Of a stretch of DNA of 64,000 nucleotides, positions 38,069 to 51,800 are shown piece after piece. Made by a program: the position numbers and the translations under genes. Below the pieces are notes generated by a model, which was given only the letters and a program-made list of their open reading frames with translations, searched no databases and was not told where the DNA came from. Source of the stretch: Lama glama (lineage: Eukaryota); the NCBI GenBank assembly GCA_028534125.1, contig CM052816.1:61754001-61818000 (forward strand), in the 5' to 3' direction. Every line of letters begins with the position of its first letter. Within the stretch, counting starts at the first letter, position 1.

Positions 38069-38074
38069 TTTATT
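38069..38074 (-). terminator. CWC27: Possible proximal polyadenylation signal AATAAA
   Basis: tttatt on + strand, about 43 nt after the stop. Confidence 0.4.
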
Positions 38075-38116
38075 GCAGGCGCGTTTCCAGCGAGTTCTGG
38101 TTATCATTACTCCATT

Positions 38117-38279
38117 TTATCGTCTTTCTTTTTTCTCTCTCATCAGCTTTTTGCTTTCTTCCCGTCTTCTTTTATTCACTGGATTCCGAGGATCGTAGAT
38201 TTCAAACGTGTCTGAGTCTTGCATGCTTGCGTCTTTCACTTTTCTCGTTTTATCCTCAAACTGAAGTACATGTGACATC
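38117..38279 (-). CDS. CWC27: Terminal coding exon of CWC27 (spliceosome-associated cyclophilin, SDCCAG10)
   Basis: Minus strand reads ctctctccctccttAG|G ATG TCA CAT... = (W)MSHVLQFEDKTRKVKDASMQDSDTFEIYDPRNPVNKRRREESKKLMREKKERR*, matching the CWC27 C-terminus as I recall it. Acceptor AG at 38281-38280 with a polypyrimidine tract; TAA at 38119-38117. Confidence 0.95.
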
Positions 38280-39789
38280 CTAAGGAGGGAGAGAGACGGG
38301 TCACTGACTTGGCATGAGAACTCAAAGCAGAAATACCCTCCACGGCACTATGCTTGGCATAAGGAGCCAGCGGGTACCGAGCACCACGACGGGCTTGCTG
38401 TTTACTGGTGCTTGTGCCACATGGAAGCCAACTTCTCAGAAACCACTTAAATTTGAAACCATGTCTGGAGTTTGCTTTGTTGGTTTGTATTTCTAGTAGT
38501 GAGTCTCTTTCCCTCAGTCTTCACTTAAGGTTCCTTCCTTGATGGGAAGTTAAAAGAGGTCTACTCTCAAGTCTTCCTGTAAGTAAACTCAGAAAATTCT
38601 GCCAGCTTCCTTTAAAGAGCACGTTCACTTAGCCAGTGAGCCAGGATGCAGAGCAAAACTGACAATAAACCAGCCCTATCTGATTTTTTTTTCTTCAGTA
38701 GTTAAATGGGTCAAGTGTAGGGAATGTGTTCAGAAAATTCCTGTTCAAATGGTGTTATGACTCCCTTTTCTGGGGGAGTTGATGGCTTTAATTTTTGTGT
38801 GTGTGTGCAAAAAGAAACTAAGCTTTTGGGCACAGCTCCATGGACTAATATCCTCCTCTTACTGTTGATTACAACAAGTCTAACCACCCTGCTTTCCTAC
38901 TTTATCAAATGCTTACAGGTCTTAAGGTATCAACATGTGCTTGAATCCTAAGTGGTCATAAGCTGGCTATGCTTAGCAGCAGGGAAATATGTAAGTGATT
39001 AGTTCTGCCCCCATTAGGAGGTGACAGGAATAAATAGGGAAGTCCAAAAACCAGATTCCGGGGCAGCTGAGTGAATCTGAAAAGAGAAAAGTTCAGTTTT
39101 TATATATAAACAAAACTGCTAAGGCTTTTCCCACTAGTTATTAAGCAGTTTTTAAAACAGATGTACCCAGCACTTTTCTTTATCACAGCAGATAGGGCTA
39201 AATTGCCTAAAGGATTAGCACTCCCCACATGCCAGTTGTAACTTTCAGATGAAACCCAAATATTGCAGTGATTTCTTTTTCCCTGTAAAAGCAGAGATTG
39301 GGCAATAGGCACTAGCAGAGATCCCCTACCCTTTTTTCTTGCAGTATTGAAAATACTGAGTGAAGTTTACTTATGTTAAAAACTCCCATGGATATACTTA
39401 GATTTTGAAGAATCCTAAAAAGATTTTGGGAGGGAAATGAAATGTTACAATTTTAGTGATACTGCAATTCCTAAAGGCTCAGTAGGGTTGACTGTTCACC
39501 AGGGTTGGTAAGTTGAGTCTTAAAACCATTCCCACCCCTTTCCATTCCAGAAAAGCTTATTGGAATGCAGTGAGCACGAGTGATATTATTATATGGATGA
39601 TGTAAGTCTACTTCAGTTTACTGAGGTAAAGCGCATTTGCATTTCTATACTTTATTAACAATACATTATTTGCATCAGATTTCCTAACATGACACATCAC
39701 ACATGAGAACTGCTGACTTTTTATACTTCCATGACTTTAACTTTGGAAACAACCTTATTTAGAAAATGCATTATAGGATTATTGCTTAT

Positions 39790-40310
39790 TTAGATGGAGT
39801 CCTCAGGGTCTGATTTTCTTGTGCTTTCAATTTCCTACACTGTATAAGTATAAAGCAATCTCTAACTCCTAGAAAAAGGTGATTGTTCTCCAGCTATGGT
39901 AGCAAGTGACCACTAGAGCCAGATTGAATCTATCAAATAGGACTTAATCAATTAATGATGGCTTGCCTAGGCCAAAATGATCAATGATAACTCACTTCAG
40001 TAAATACTCCTCTGAAAGCCAACTAATCAGTGACAGCCTCATAGTTTTGAAAGTTGGCCAGTCAGTGGCAGATTCACTCCAGTGAACATACTTCTGAAAG
40101 CCAGCCAATCACCAACAGTCTCCCCTGAATAATGGTACTTCTGGGGCTGATGTCAATCCCTAAACAATCCCTAACCCCAAAATTCTACGTGAGATTTGCA
40201 ACCTGCTTTGCTCAGAGAGACTGTGCCTAAAAGCACGCTCTTCCTTACTTAAGTAGTAAATTAAGCTTTTTTTCCTCAGATATTGAGAGGTGGTCTTTTT
40301 CTTTGATACT
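39790..40310 (+). mobile_element. Old ERV1-type solo LTR (tentative)
   Basis: Repeated CCAAT-like units 'ctgaaagccaactaatca' / 'ctgaaagccagccaatca'; end 'gctttgctcagagagactg...agtaaattaagcttt...ggtggtctttt'. Confidence 0.4.
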
Positions 40311-43149
40311 TCTTATAATCTGTGCAGCATTCCCCACAGCATGCACGCCTTAGAAATTCTAAGTGTATTGCCACTGATGAGGATCAAGTTTAGAAGCGTG
40401 GCAAGACTGTACTGTACGTATCACACGTCATGGGGCGCCCAGACCCTACGCTGTACTTCGGTAAGTGTTCAGCAGCTTTCCAAATGACTCGTGCTGATGC
40501 CTAAGCCCAACTCGGAAATAGCTGGAATTACATGCCCTTTAAAACAATTTTATTCAATATTCCTATGATGTTATAAAAAACCAGAAACTACTATCTTAGT
40601 TAACTTAATACTTTTCCATTAAAAACACTCTACTATTTTAAAAATCGTTCCTGTCTCTGCCCCAAAATACAGATGGACTTTTTTGGTAATATTTGTTTCT
40701 AGTAGGGACTATCCATGTTTCAAAAATGACTACCAGAATTTGTCAAATAAAACCATAAAAAGGCACCTTCCTCCTTTCTATGCCATGAGAGAATCTTGCA
40801 ACTGTTGGATTTAGTTCTTCTGGTATAGGAAGTGAAATCTAGACATGTGAACAACAGCACAAAGTCCACAGAAAGAAACAGACATTCCTACAAATCTGAA
40901 GAAACAGAAAACCGTAAGTTAAAGTAGCTGTCTTTTTCAACTGTTTGTTTCATACACCACTGCACTAAACAAGTCCAACGTTTTGATTAATAACAAACCT
41001 AAACCCAGGGGAAAGAAGGGGCTATCGGCTTACAAACTACTTCAGCTTTAATATCATAATACTTAGTATGGCTGGTTTCTCAGCAATAATATTTAATCTT
41101 TAATAGAAATAAAAACATAATCAAAATGCTTCACCCTTTTATCTTTCAACATGCTTTGGTCACTTCATTTTAAAAAGAAAAACAAAACAGTTATTATGAT
41201 TTTCAGCATAATAAACTCCTGACCTGTGTGCCTCCATAAATCACAGACTGCATGAATTGAAAGCATGCCCACACTTTATAGCCTCCTGTGGGAGCAGACA
41301 TGCAGACTCAGAATAGAGACTTAATTCAAATGTACCAATAACTCAATACTATCCATTCTGTGGCTGGTCATAGAATTGGACCAGCAAGAGCAACAGCAGT
41401 GAATTGTTTTGAATTACACACTTATCTTTTACATATGAAAATTTTAGATCTCGTTCTGTTGATGGCAAAGACAAAAATTTAGTTGTGATTAATAAAAAAA
41501 TTTTACATAACATCAAATTCTCAAATAAGAACACTGACTTTAGTGGTTATAGAAATACGGAGGCTTACCATCCTCAGAGGTGTGTGTGGTGGCAGTTCTC
41601 CGCTCTCTGTACATCCCCTGCTCAGCCAAGGCCCTGCTTTACCTGTATCCTGCTCACATGACTGACCTTCCCTCTTTAATCAGAAGCCTAACAGTGACTG
41701 CCTACATGTTTGCCCCCGCCTCAGCTGCTGACTGTTCTAATGCTTAGACCAGAAGGGCTCCACACTGCCAGGCCGTCACAGGGAACCATCTGCCCTCCGG
41801 TGACTGCTAGCTCGAGGGGCTGTGAGGCACGTGCCCCTCTGCTGGTTTCCCTGGTAACCCATGAGCCAGCCTGATGCCAGTTCCTCCTATGAATGGCGAT
41901 CTCCTTCTCCACCCCAGGAGCTGTACCCTGCCTGCTCAACACAGTGGGCTGTCGCTCTAGGACCTTTTGCGTCTGACTTGTAAGATTCCCTATCCAACAA
42001 ATCTTGGACGTCGCTGTCTCTGGACTCTTTCTCCGGACTTGCGGCTGGGCAATTGCAAGGTTCACAGGCCTGTGGGGTGCAGCCCACCAACAGGTAAGTT
42101 GTGTTTTTGTATGAGACTGTGGAATTATAAACAAAAGTAAATACGTGCGTCTTTGATAGGGACCAACACTTTGACTAACCTCACTAATTTGACATCCAGT
42201 TTTTAAAGTTCTCATATAATGGTGAAATAAAGATATGACAGCAATTAATATTAATGGGGAAAGCAAGAGAGGTACTCATTCTCCAACATAAAGTAGTACA
42301 ATGTAGAATTCAACTTGAACAACTCATTTCTGACTGAAATGCATTTAACTTACTTATATTTGTGTATACATATGTATATGTGCTTATATTAATGTAAACA
42401 GCTTTTTCACTGGGATTTCTATAAATCACTCCTCATTTCCAAGTCTCCCTAATGTAGGGATTTACACCCTACCCTTAAGTTGTCGTAGGCGTCCTAACTG
42501 TTCTGTGTACTATTTCTCCTTCTAACTTCCAAAGGTTCTTAAAAAAAAAACTTTCTTACACGTTTCTTTTATAGCATTCCTTTGAGCAGGAACTGTCGGC
42601 TGTATTTGACTAAAATCCCTCAGCCTGATCCGAAAATCCTCCAACAGCTGGATCCTCCTATCTATCTCACCAACCTTGTTTCTTTCATCAGCTCTCACCA
42701 TTTTGTAATTGCCTGTTTACTTAATTGTGAACAGACTGTCAGTTGTTGGAGGCAGTATGAGTCTTGTTCACAGCTGAATTCCCCGTGCTGAGAATGGTGA
42801 TCTGTGCTGGGAATCAAAACCTTCAGACCTTCTGTACCAGCCAGGCCGTCTGGCTGGCACTAGCTGGTTTGCTACACTGACACTCAACCTCCTTTCGTGG
42901 GCAGGGACTATCTTTTATTTCTACGATAAACTTCTAAAATGTCTAACAGGCTGTGCAGAAAGTGGCGAGCTCAGCACAGGTCCACCTTTCATGACCTCTC
43001 ACAGCTCGGCACACCCTGATGGCTGTGTTTCCGCTGCTCTCAGGTCAGTGACGGCTAGTTTTGATTCCCTGTAGACTGTGGTGGGAGCAGGCCTTATGTG
43101 CTTTCCCATTTCCTCTGATACCTAATGTAGAACTAGACAGGATTTCTTT

Positions 43150-43360
43150 CAAAGCAACGTTTCTCAAAGTCTGATCCTAGAGCCCTGTATCAAACATGGG
43201 CTGCCCAGCAGAATCATCTGGGTAGCTTCAAAAGCCATGAATGCCAGGCTTCCACCTCAAAAGGTACTGATTTGATTGTCTTAGGATGGGTCCCCGGCAT
43301 CAGTGATTTAAAATTTTTTCCTGGTGATTTAAAAATGCCGCTGAAGCTAAGACTACAGCA
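43150..43360. mobile_element. MER5-like hAT element(s)
   Basis: 'tttctcaaagtctgatcc', 'agaatcatctggg..tgccaggcttccacc..tgatttgattg..ctggtgatt'. Confidence 0.6.
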
Positions 43361-43599
43361 CTAAAGTTTAAGAACCTTTACACTTTCAGATTGATTGATT
43401 TCATCAGCCATTTGTTCTGGCCCCTTCAGAGATGAAGAACAGCTGGTTCCTACTGACAAACTACTCACGTACTTAAAGAAGCTTAAGTGGCTTCTGAGCC
43501 TAATATTTTAACTAAATAATCTCAAGTGTATAATGCATTTCTTATATATGGTTTAAGGATAAGGCAAGGAGCTAGATTTAATTATTCAATAAACATCAG

Positions 43600-44980
43600 A
43601 GCCTTTTTACATGTAAGACCCAATGTCATACACTGGGGGGACACAAAGCCAAATATGACCCAGGCCCTGGTCTCCTAAAGTGAACAGTCTGTTAGGGAGA
43701 TGAACACACAGACACCAGGGCAAATGTACATTTTGGAACTGCCAGGTGTGAGGCAACAATAAGAACAACACCCTCTGACACAGCAGCCTATAAAAAGCTT
43801 TCACATGTCTGATATTACCTTCACAATAACTACAGGGTATAGGCAGGAAGGGTGTTACCACCCATTTCACAGGCAACCTGAGAGATTTATGGTCAAGACA
43901 CTTGTAGCTGGTAAGTAGTTGACTAGGTATTTTATTGAAAGTCTTTAGAGGTGACAAACTTTCATCTTGTGAAGATGTATTTAACTTTAGGAATAAAATC
44001 AAAAGTTAATTCAGTGTTAAGTCTAGTGAGTAAGTTTAAAAAGTCAGATTGGGTAGTGCTTATTTTGGAATAGAACATTTTGAAAATGCAACTATAAAGA
44101 GATGAGAATAATGATTTTTTTTTTTTGTGGCTCCAAGACTAGCCTTTAAAGCAGTTACAAAAGAGAAGAACCAAAAATGTCTTGAGGCATGTGGGAGGCT
44201 CTTTGGGAAAAGGCACCTCTCCATTAGGTGAACACTTGCTTAAAAAAAAGGCAATTAATTTTCAATGTAAATTTCTATCCCTTTATTGCCTTTAATCATT
44301 GCTCTCTGTAATTAGTCCCAGTTTCTCACTAGATTTCCTAAAATGGGAACATTAGGTAGGGTCACCCCATTCAGTTGGAAGTCCAAGAAGGGCAGAGCCA
44401 AGGGCCCACAGCCTGACCCCATAAGGGTGGATGTCTGGCAGTCTCTTCGCAGGCACCACGTTACTAAGGGTGTGCCTTGTGATTGATGATACTCAGGTCT
44501 TTTCTGTTACAGTTTTCAAAAATGCATATTTAGCCATGAATTGAATCCTTTAGTGGTTCCCCGCTGTCTAAAAAATGAAATCCAAATTTCTTAGGTAGCC
44601 TCTAAGATTTGGCTTTTGTTCCTCTCTCTAAGCTCCTATGAGGTCTTCACATCTTATGCACTAGACACCCTGAATCACTTGCAGTTTCCTGGTTAGAACT
44701 TTCTTTCTCTTGCTTCCTTGTTGCCTCTCTGTGGTAGTACACTTCTCTCCCCACTACTAGTGAGGTGTCATTCCCTCTGAGAACCAGTCCCTGGCTCCTC
44801 TCCTGGCTTGTCTTGTACTTTTTCCACTAGGGTTAAGGTCCTCTTCTGTATCTCTCTCTAGTTTAGTCTCCCTCACTAGAGTGCAGATGGCTCTATTTTG
44901 TTGGCCTTTGTGCCAACACTGGTCACCAATGCTTGGCAAGAAGAATGCCCTCAATAAATGCTGAATAAATAAATGTTCCT
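43600..44980. mobile_element. L2 and MIR fragments
   Basis: MIR 'cccatttcacaggcaacctgag' (about 43770-43920); L2 3' end 'ccctcaataaatgctgaataaataaatg' (about 44540-44980). Confidence 0.55.
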
Positions 44981-45090
44981 GCATAGCCAGTCACCTCTAA
45001 AAACCTTTGGCAAGAATTCTCGTTCTGTTCACCTTTCTACTTGCGAGTATTTTTATAACAAATATATAATTCCAAATTATATAGCAATTA

Positions 45091-45324
45091 TAGTTAACCC
45101 TTGGACAATGCAGATTTGAACTGTGAAGGTCCATTTATTTATACGTGGATTTTTTTCAACAGGAACTATTACAGCACTACATGGTCTGTGGTTGATGGTG
45201 CAGATGTGGAACCACAGGTATGGAGGAAACAAATAAGTGGAGGGCTGATGGTAAGTTACAAAAGGACGTTTGACTGCATGGAGGGTGGGTGCTCCAAACC
45301 TCCACGATGTTCAAGTGTCAACGA
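45091..45324. mobile_element. Tigger2/MER8-like DNA transposon
   Basis: TIRs 'tagttaacccttggacaa' / 'tgttcaagtgtcaac', with TA upstream. Confidence 0.75.
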
Positions 45325-46099
45325 GATATTTATAAACCCTTCAGTTTTCCAGATAAGCAACTTCTTTCAAACTCCACAATACTAGAAAAAAGGCTAATAC
45401 TCCAGGAGATAAAACAAAATATTTCTACCACCATTAAGTTTATGCAGTGAAACTCTAGCACATCTTTCTCAAATGGGCCAGTTAAACTGCCTAATGATTG
45501 ACATTTTGTCTTCTGTACTCAGACTTTGAAGCAAAAGTGGAGGAAAGATGCATATATTGTCCTCAGACAGCCTTCCTCTGCATTGTCTTTAGTGTATATA
45601 CTGTGTCGACAGCCTCTCATTTCTCTGTTCAGTTAAAATTCTTAAGCAACCCAACTAAAACTGGTTATTAAGTTTCTCATTCTTCCAGGGCTATGGATCA
45701 GAAACGTAAATGATCTGGTTTAAAGTTTTTTTGTGTGTGTTTTTGTTTGTTTTTGTTTTTGTTTTTGGTAGGAAAGGGCCTGAAAGGAGACTTGTATTTG
45801 AAAAGCAAAACCAGACTGTTTTTAAAGAAAATTGTGAGCAAGACAAAACAATTTTCAAGTTTACCCACATTTGATCATCTGAAAGGACCACACCCTGCTC
45901 TGTATCAGAGATGGGCCACAGCATATTTCTCTGTCCATGTCACTTCTCTGGAATGTCCTACCACCTCCTTCCAACTGGTCTATGTCCCCTGAACTTCCAA
46001 AGCCCAGTTTAACTCCCATTTTCTCCTAAAAATCTGACTGCCCTGGGCCCCAGGACCTACTTTTGCCTTTGGATTTCTCTAACACTTCTGTTGGAAAAT

Positions 46100-46270
46100 T
46101 TTTGTGGACTGAAGTCAGAAGTCCTGGGTTTAAGTTAAAACTGAGTGGCTAAATGTTTCTTTAGGAAAGTCACATTGCTTTTCAGGTCTCTGTTTCCTCA
46201 TCTGTGAAGAGTGGATGGTAATATGCACCTGATTTACCTTACATAGTTAGAATAAGGTTCAAACATCATG
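46100..46270 (+). mobile_element. MIR SINE
   Basis: 'ggactgaagtcagaagtcctgggttt...gtctctgtttcctcatctgtgaa'. Confidence 0.7.
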
Positions 46271-47079
46271 CCTAAAAATGTGTGGTCCAAACACTTAATC
46301 TCATTTTAACTTATTTTGCACTTTGTGTGTATGGGTGTTGATATAAACTGTGCTTGTATATATTTATCACTTTTTAATACTCTGTTACACTGCATAGCCT
46401 TTTTCAAAATGTTTTCATGTATATTATATATATATATATATATATAACATATATATAACATACTTGATTCTACTTAACTTTGTAGGTTTATATGTATATT
46501 TTTAAACATGTCCTGTCTCTTACTAGACTGTAAGCCATTCAAAGGGCAGAAACTGTTTATAGAGTCAAAGAATTATACAAATCTTACTTTATTTTTATAA
46601 CTTGCACAGCATGATTAACATATACTCACTGTTGTATTTGTGTGTGTGTGTGTAAAGCAATCCTAAGAGGCATAAGGAAAAAACAAAAAAATTACTTGTA
46701 GCTCCACAGCTTCTCAGTAATTACTATAAATGTACAGGCACACTGCTTCCTGCCCTTTCTGTGCATGTCTAAATATGTCCATGTATATAGACTTGCGTGG
46801 ATCGTAAGGCATGTATTTTACAATTTGCTTTTCATACCTGACTATACCACAAACATCTTTTTAGTAACTTATACTTTTACATCATTGTATTCATAGTCTA
46901 ATACTTGGTCCTATGGATAATTTACAATCAACCCCTTTTTATAGGATTCTTACTCTTGTTCAAATTTTCATCTGTAAATACTTCTATCCATGTGAATAGT
47001 ACATATTTGGATTTTCTTATACATAGTAAATCTCTCTCTGCAGGGTGGGGGGCTGGTTCAGCATTCTTTCTTTTGGTAG

Positions 47080-47490
47080 ATTGTTCTTTCAGAAGTGACC
47101 CTTCCCTCTGCCAGTCCATGTGGTTGGGACCCCTTTGTTTTTGTCTGAAGAAGGGAACACATAGTATAGGCCTGCGCAGACTAACCAATGACTGGATCAA
47201 GACATGGGCATTTGAATCCAGCAAGGTCAAACCAGACTGGCTCAGGACTTTTTCTGGGTTGGCCATCATGGAAATGTAATAAGCCAACACCCCTGCCCCT
47301 GGCAGGAAGCTTGCCTGTGAAATGAGGCCAACTGAGAGAAAATAGAGTCAGGAGACAAAAAGAGAGATTCCTGACATTGACTGAACTCTATGAACCAGCC
47401 ATGTCCCAGTTCCAGTTCTTAGGCTTCCCATGCTGATAAATCCGTTTTTAGTGGAAGATACTTCTATCATTTGTAACAGAAAATATTAGT
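47080..47490 (+). mobile_element. Old MaLR LTR (MLT1J/K-like)
   Basis: 'cccttcc..ccagtccatgtggttggg...aatgaggccaac..agagtcaggagac...ttctatcatttgtaacaga'. Confidence 0.55.
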
Positions 47491-48455
47491 GATTAGGATA
47501 AATTCCTACAAGTAGAATTTTTAGGACGAACGCGTAATTTTTAAGGTATTTCATGTGTATGATCTAACTTCCCTCCAGAAATGATACAGTTCATACTCAT
47601 CGGCAGAGTGCCTTATTTTGTTTTAACAGCTTGAGTTTTGTTTTCACTCCCCGCCCCCATGTTTTTGGCTATTTGTATTACTTCTTTAGTGATATGTACA
47701 TTTTCTCCTTTGCCCTTAAAAAAAAATTCATCTTTTCCTCATAGGCTTGTGAGAATTAATATATTAAGAATATAAAGCCTTATCACATAAAGAACAAATG
47801 ACAAACTAGAAAATGTGTTTACAATTTAATTTGGTTTTGAGTTTCATTATATCCTTTTCTTCCCTCCATGTAGTTCTCCCTCTTTTCCTTCCTTCCATAT
47901 AGAAGTTTACAATTTTGTATATATTCCTAGTGAGCAGTGTCTTCCTTTTTAAGTCAAACGTAGGAAGTCTTTCCTCACATTAAGACTATGTAAATATCCA
48001 GTTACATTTTCTTCTAGCACCTTTACAGTTCTTTTTTCTCTTGTTAACTTTTTATTATCAATTTAGAAATTTCTTTCTGTATCTGGGTCAGAAAGTTCTG
48101 TATTTTCCCCCAAATAGCTATTTACTTGTCCCAATTTTATTTCTTGACTAATCTACCCTGTACAGTATCCCGCTGCTTTAATTACCATAATTTTCTTATC
48201 TTCCTGGGAGAGACCATTACCCTGTCACTCTTGAAAAAAAGTATTTCTTAGATTTTATTTTATAAAAATTTTATTTTCAGAAGATTCTTAGATTTATAGA
48301 AACCATTGACCAGATAGTATAGAGTTAAATCCCTTAAACCTCCAAACCAATTTTCCCTATTAAATTATTACCCTCTAAAATTAGTATGCTACATTTCTTA
48401 CACTTAACCAATACTGCTACCTTACAACGTCCATAGTTCATTTAGATTTCCTTAG

Positions 48456-48823
48456 TGTTATGTACTAAATTATGTTCTCCCAAAATTCATAGGTTGAAGC
48501 CCTAACTTCCCCATGTGACTGTATTTGGAGGGCCTTTAAAGGAGATAGTTAAGACTAAATGATATCAGAAGGGTGGGGCCTTAACCCAGGAGAACTGATG
48601 TCTTTAAAAGAAGAGACAATAGGAGCACAAGCAAACAGGAAAAGGCCATGTGAAGAAACAGCAAGGAGGTGGCTGTCTGCAAGCCCTGGGGAGAAGTCTG
48701 ACCAGAAATCAAACCTGCTGGCACTTTGATCTTGGACTTCTAGAACTGTGAGAAAATATATTCGTTGTTTAAGCCACACAGGCTGTGGTATTTTTGTTAT
48801 GGCAGCCCTAGGAGACTAACACA
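48456..48823 (+). mobile_element. MaLR solo LTR (MLT1A-like)
   Basis: 'tgttatgtactaaattatgttctcccaaaattcataggttgaagccctaac...ttgttatggcagccctaggagactaacaca'; 5-bp TSD cttag/tttag. Confidence 0.9.
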
Positions 48824-51800
48824 TTTAGTTTTTACCTGACATCCTTTTTTCTGTTCCAGGATCCCATTCAGGATACCACTTAACATACTTATTTGTCATG
48901 TCTCCTTACGCTATTCTTGTCTATGACAATTTCTCAGTTTTCTTGTTTTTGACCACTTGGACAGTCTTGATGGTTGCTGGTTGGGTATTCTGTAGGATGC
49001 CTCATTATTGGAATTTCTTTGACCTTACTCTCATGATACAACTGGGCTTAGGGTTATTGGGATAAAGATCATAATGTAAAGAGCAGTTTTCATTACATCA
49101 TATGAAGGGTGCATACTATCAATATGATTTATAATGTTGATGTTGACCTTGATCACCTTGCTGACATAGTGCTTGTCTAGTTTCTCCATTGTAAAGTTAT
49201 TTTTTTTCCCCTTTCCATTTTGAATTCTTTGGAGGGAAGTCACTAGGTGCAGTCCACACCTAAGGAGTGAGGAGTTATGCTTCCTTACTCTTCTTATTAA
49301 AAGTTTTCTTGGCTGTTTTTGCTTACACGTTTCTCTCCCTCCTACTGGTATTTTTATTTGGATTATATTAGGTTTGTGAAATAATTTTGAGATAATTTGG
49401 TTTTGGTTAAAAATTAAGCATTCTAGAAACAGTATATATGCACATATCTATTTATGCCTATCATAGGTTATATTTCCCTTAATTAAAAAATTATGTTTTC
49501 TAAGTGGTTATTTCAGACAACTGACTTTTGTGTATTGATTTTATATCTGGCCATAATACTGACTTCTTAGAACTACTGGTAGATAGTTTTGGATTTTTTA
49601 GATCTTCAGGTAACTTGGTTTCTTTCACTCCGTTTTCTAGATAAGCAACTGAAGAAAAGCTATTGAAGTTAGTTACCAAGCTGAAGCCTGATTCCCAGTT
49701 AATGCCTAGAAGTTTGGAAGCCTAAATAGGACTAATACTTTTACAGGTACTTTTGTTTCTAATGAAAAATACAAGACAAAAACAATTTCTGGAGAACTTG
49801 GATAACTATGTTAAAAAACATTTGGTATTTAATACAGTTTCAAGATTAATTAATTAAAAATTACAAACTAATCAAAACTAGCCATATAGAGAATGACATT
49901 ATCAACCACAAACATCACAATTATTTTTTCTTCTATGATTCTCTTAATGCTATTGAAAGTAGAAAAGGCAATTTTGTCTACAAATTGTATTCTAGAAATC
50001 ATAAGAAAATGTCAATTAAAAACATCTATTGGAAGATTCATTCTTTTCTGTATTTCAACTATCAAGATGTAATATTTAGGTTAAAACATTACAAACTTCT
50101 GATTTTGAGACTTGTCTCCATCACTGATTGATTACACAAGAAACTTAGGGTTCTCCTTGCACAAATGTTCAAAGTTTCTCTAGGAATTGAGACGTTAAAG
50201 GGTTAAAGTACCAGCACATATAAAAAGAAATGTGTATCTTTTTTCAACACGAAGTAGATAGTAGAGATCATAGTAATTCATCTGAAGAGATAGACAAAAT
50301 GTGAATGAGTGCAGAAATCAAAGTATATATGTTTAAAAAAAAAAAAGTCCAGGAACATGAGGTCACTAGCTTTCTTCATGTCCAGCAAAGCAGGGCAGCC
50401 TGGGACAGAGATGACTGAGAAACAAACAGAAGAGACTAAGGAAGAGGAAGAACTCAAGGACGAAAAGATGGAAGAAGACTCAAAACGGCAAATGAGTATG
50501 ACTTAAAAGGAAGCCTAGAAAAATGGAGACAGAAATGGCCAAAACTCAGAAATTTACAAATTGACTTAGGAAGAAAATAGGAACAAAAAAGGAACAAAAA
50601 TAAATGTCTGAACAAACAAAAATAAATATAGGAAAACAGCATCATGTAAACCAAGCAAAGAGGAAAATAGATACAGGCCTTTGGAATAAGAAAACAAAGA
50701 TGAAAACCCCTTGGTTTTCTTTCCCAGTTTGTTGTTCACAAGGGAAAATCTTTGTTTTGAGCTATGAATGAGTGTTAATATTGTTCCTTTAGTTTGGGAT
50801 TTTGAAAAGCCAAGAATGTCTTTTGTTTCCTTTAGTTAAAGAGAAAAATTCCAAATATTACAGTGTCTTTAAATATTGAGTATTGTTGAAGCAAATGTGA
50901 AAGTTGTAATTTTCAGAGTAACTTTAACAGCATAATAGTTTCTCAGCTTTCTTGTCTATCATTAGCATCACACTTACCAGGACACGGGTGGAAAGATTTA
51001 AGAGGCTTTCCAGAATAAATCTGTAATATGCATTCTTACACCTGCCCTGAGATCTAACCGACTGCTCAGCCAGTAACATTTAATCTATGGCCAATGAACT
51101 AATAAAACAACATAGGGAAGATAGATGGAGTTCCCAATCAAAAAGGCCTGGTAAGCAGCTGGGGTACATGGCTATCTGCCCGTCTCTCTTAAAATAAATC
51201 CATGAACAAAGCAAACTTCCCTAATGTGATTGATAGAAACTTATTTCAGGGTAAACAGTATGAAAGCACAGAGTCAATACTGAAGAATTTTCTTCATCCA
51301 AAAGAAAAAGGCAGAAAAAAGTGACTTCGAGGATTGGACAGAAGGCTTAGAATTAAAATAATCATAATCACCTTTCCAGGCTCAGCAACCCTGACAAGGT
51401 CCTATTTATAAAGAATCATGTTGGTCTTCTGCAGCATTATTTATAGTCCTGTATAAGGTGAACACTAAGTAGGGAACCTGGTCCATAATTATAGTCCCTC
51501 TTTCTGCATTTTACTACTGCTTTAGAACTGGGCTAAGAGGGAAGAATGGAAGAAAAACATTCATATTACACTGACCTTATAATTCTGTGCTCTCCAAAGT
51601 GATAATACTCTTCTGCTTTACATTTAAATTGTTTTTTATCTACCCCTCTTTTTTCTTTTTCATACTAGCCTCAAGGAAAAAAGCAGTAATTCATTACTGT
51701 TCACAATAAATACCAGATCTCAAATTTGTTTTATCTCAATATTAGCAATTATGATAGAAAGTAAACTACTGTAACTTATGAGTTAATTGGGAAAAGGTCA

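Larger units (their letters stand above)
37860..38116 (-). other. CWC27: CWC27 3'UTR
   Basis: Follows the stop codon and ends shortly after AATAAA (37883-37878); cleavage site approximate. Confidence 0.8.
46700..49280 (-). mobile_element. Old L1 (L1ME/L1MC) fragments hosting two MaLR LTRs
   Basis: 'ggataaattcctacaagtagaatt', 'tttttctgttccaggatcccattcaggataccac', 'gttgaccttgatcacct', 'ggagttatgcttcc'. Confidence 0.7.

Noticed and set aside
41721..42266. 181-aa minus-strand ORF in the CWC27 intron
   Set aside because: Non-ATG start, no resemblance to CWC27 or any family I recognise, and no matching splice sites.
50380..50700. Glu/Lys-rich purine-rich frame
   Set aside because: Probably a decayed L1/HAL1 ORF1 remnant; too degenerate to call.
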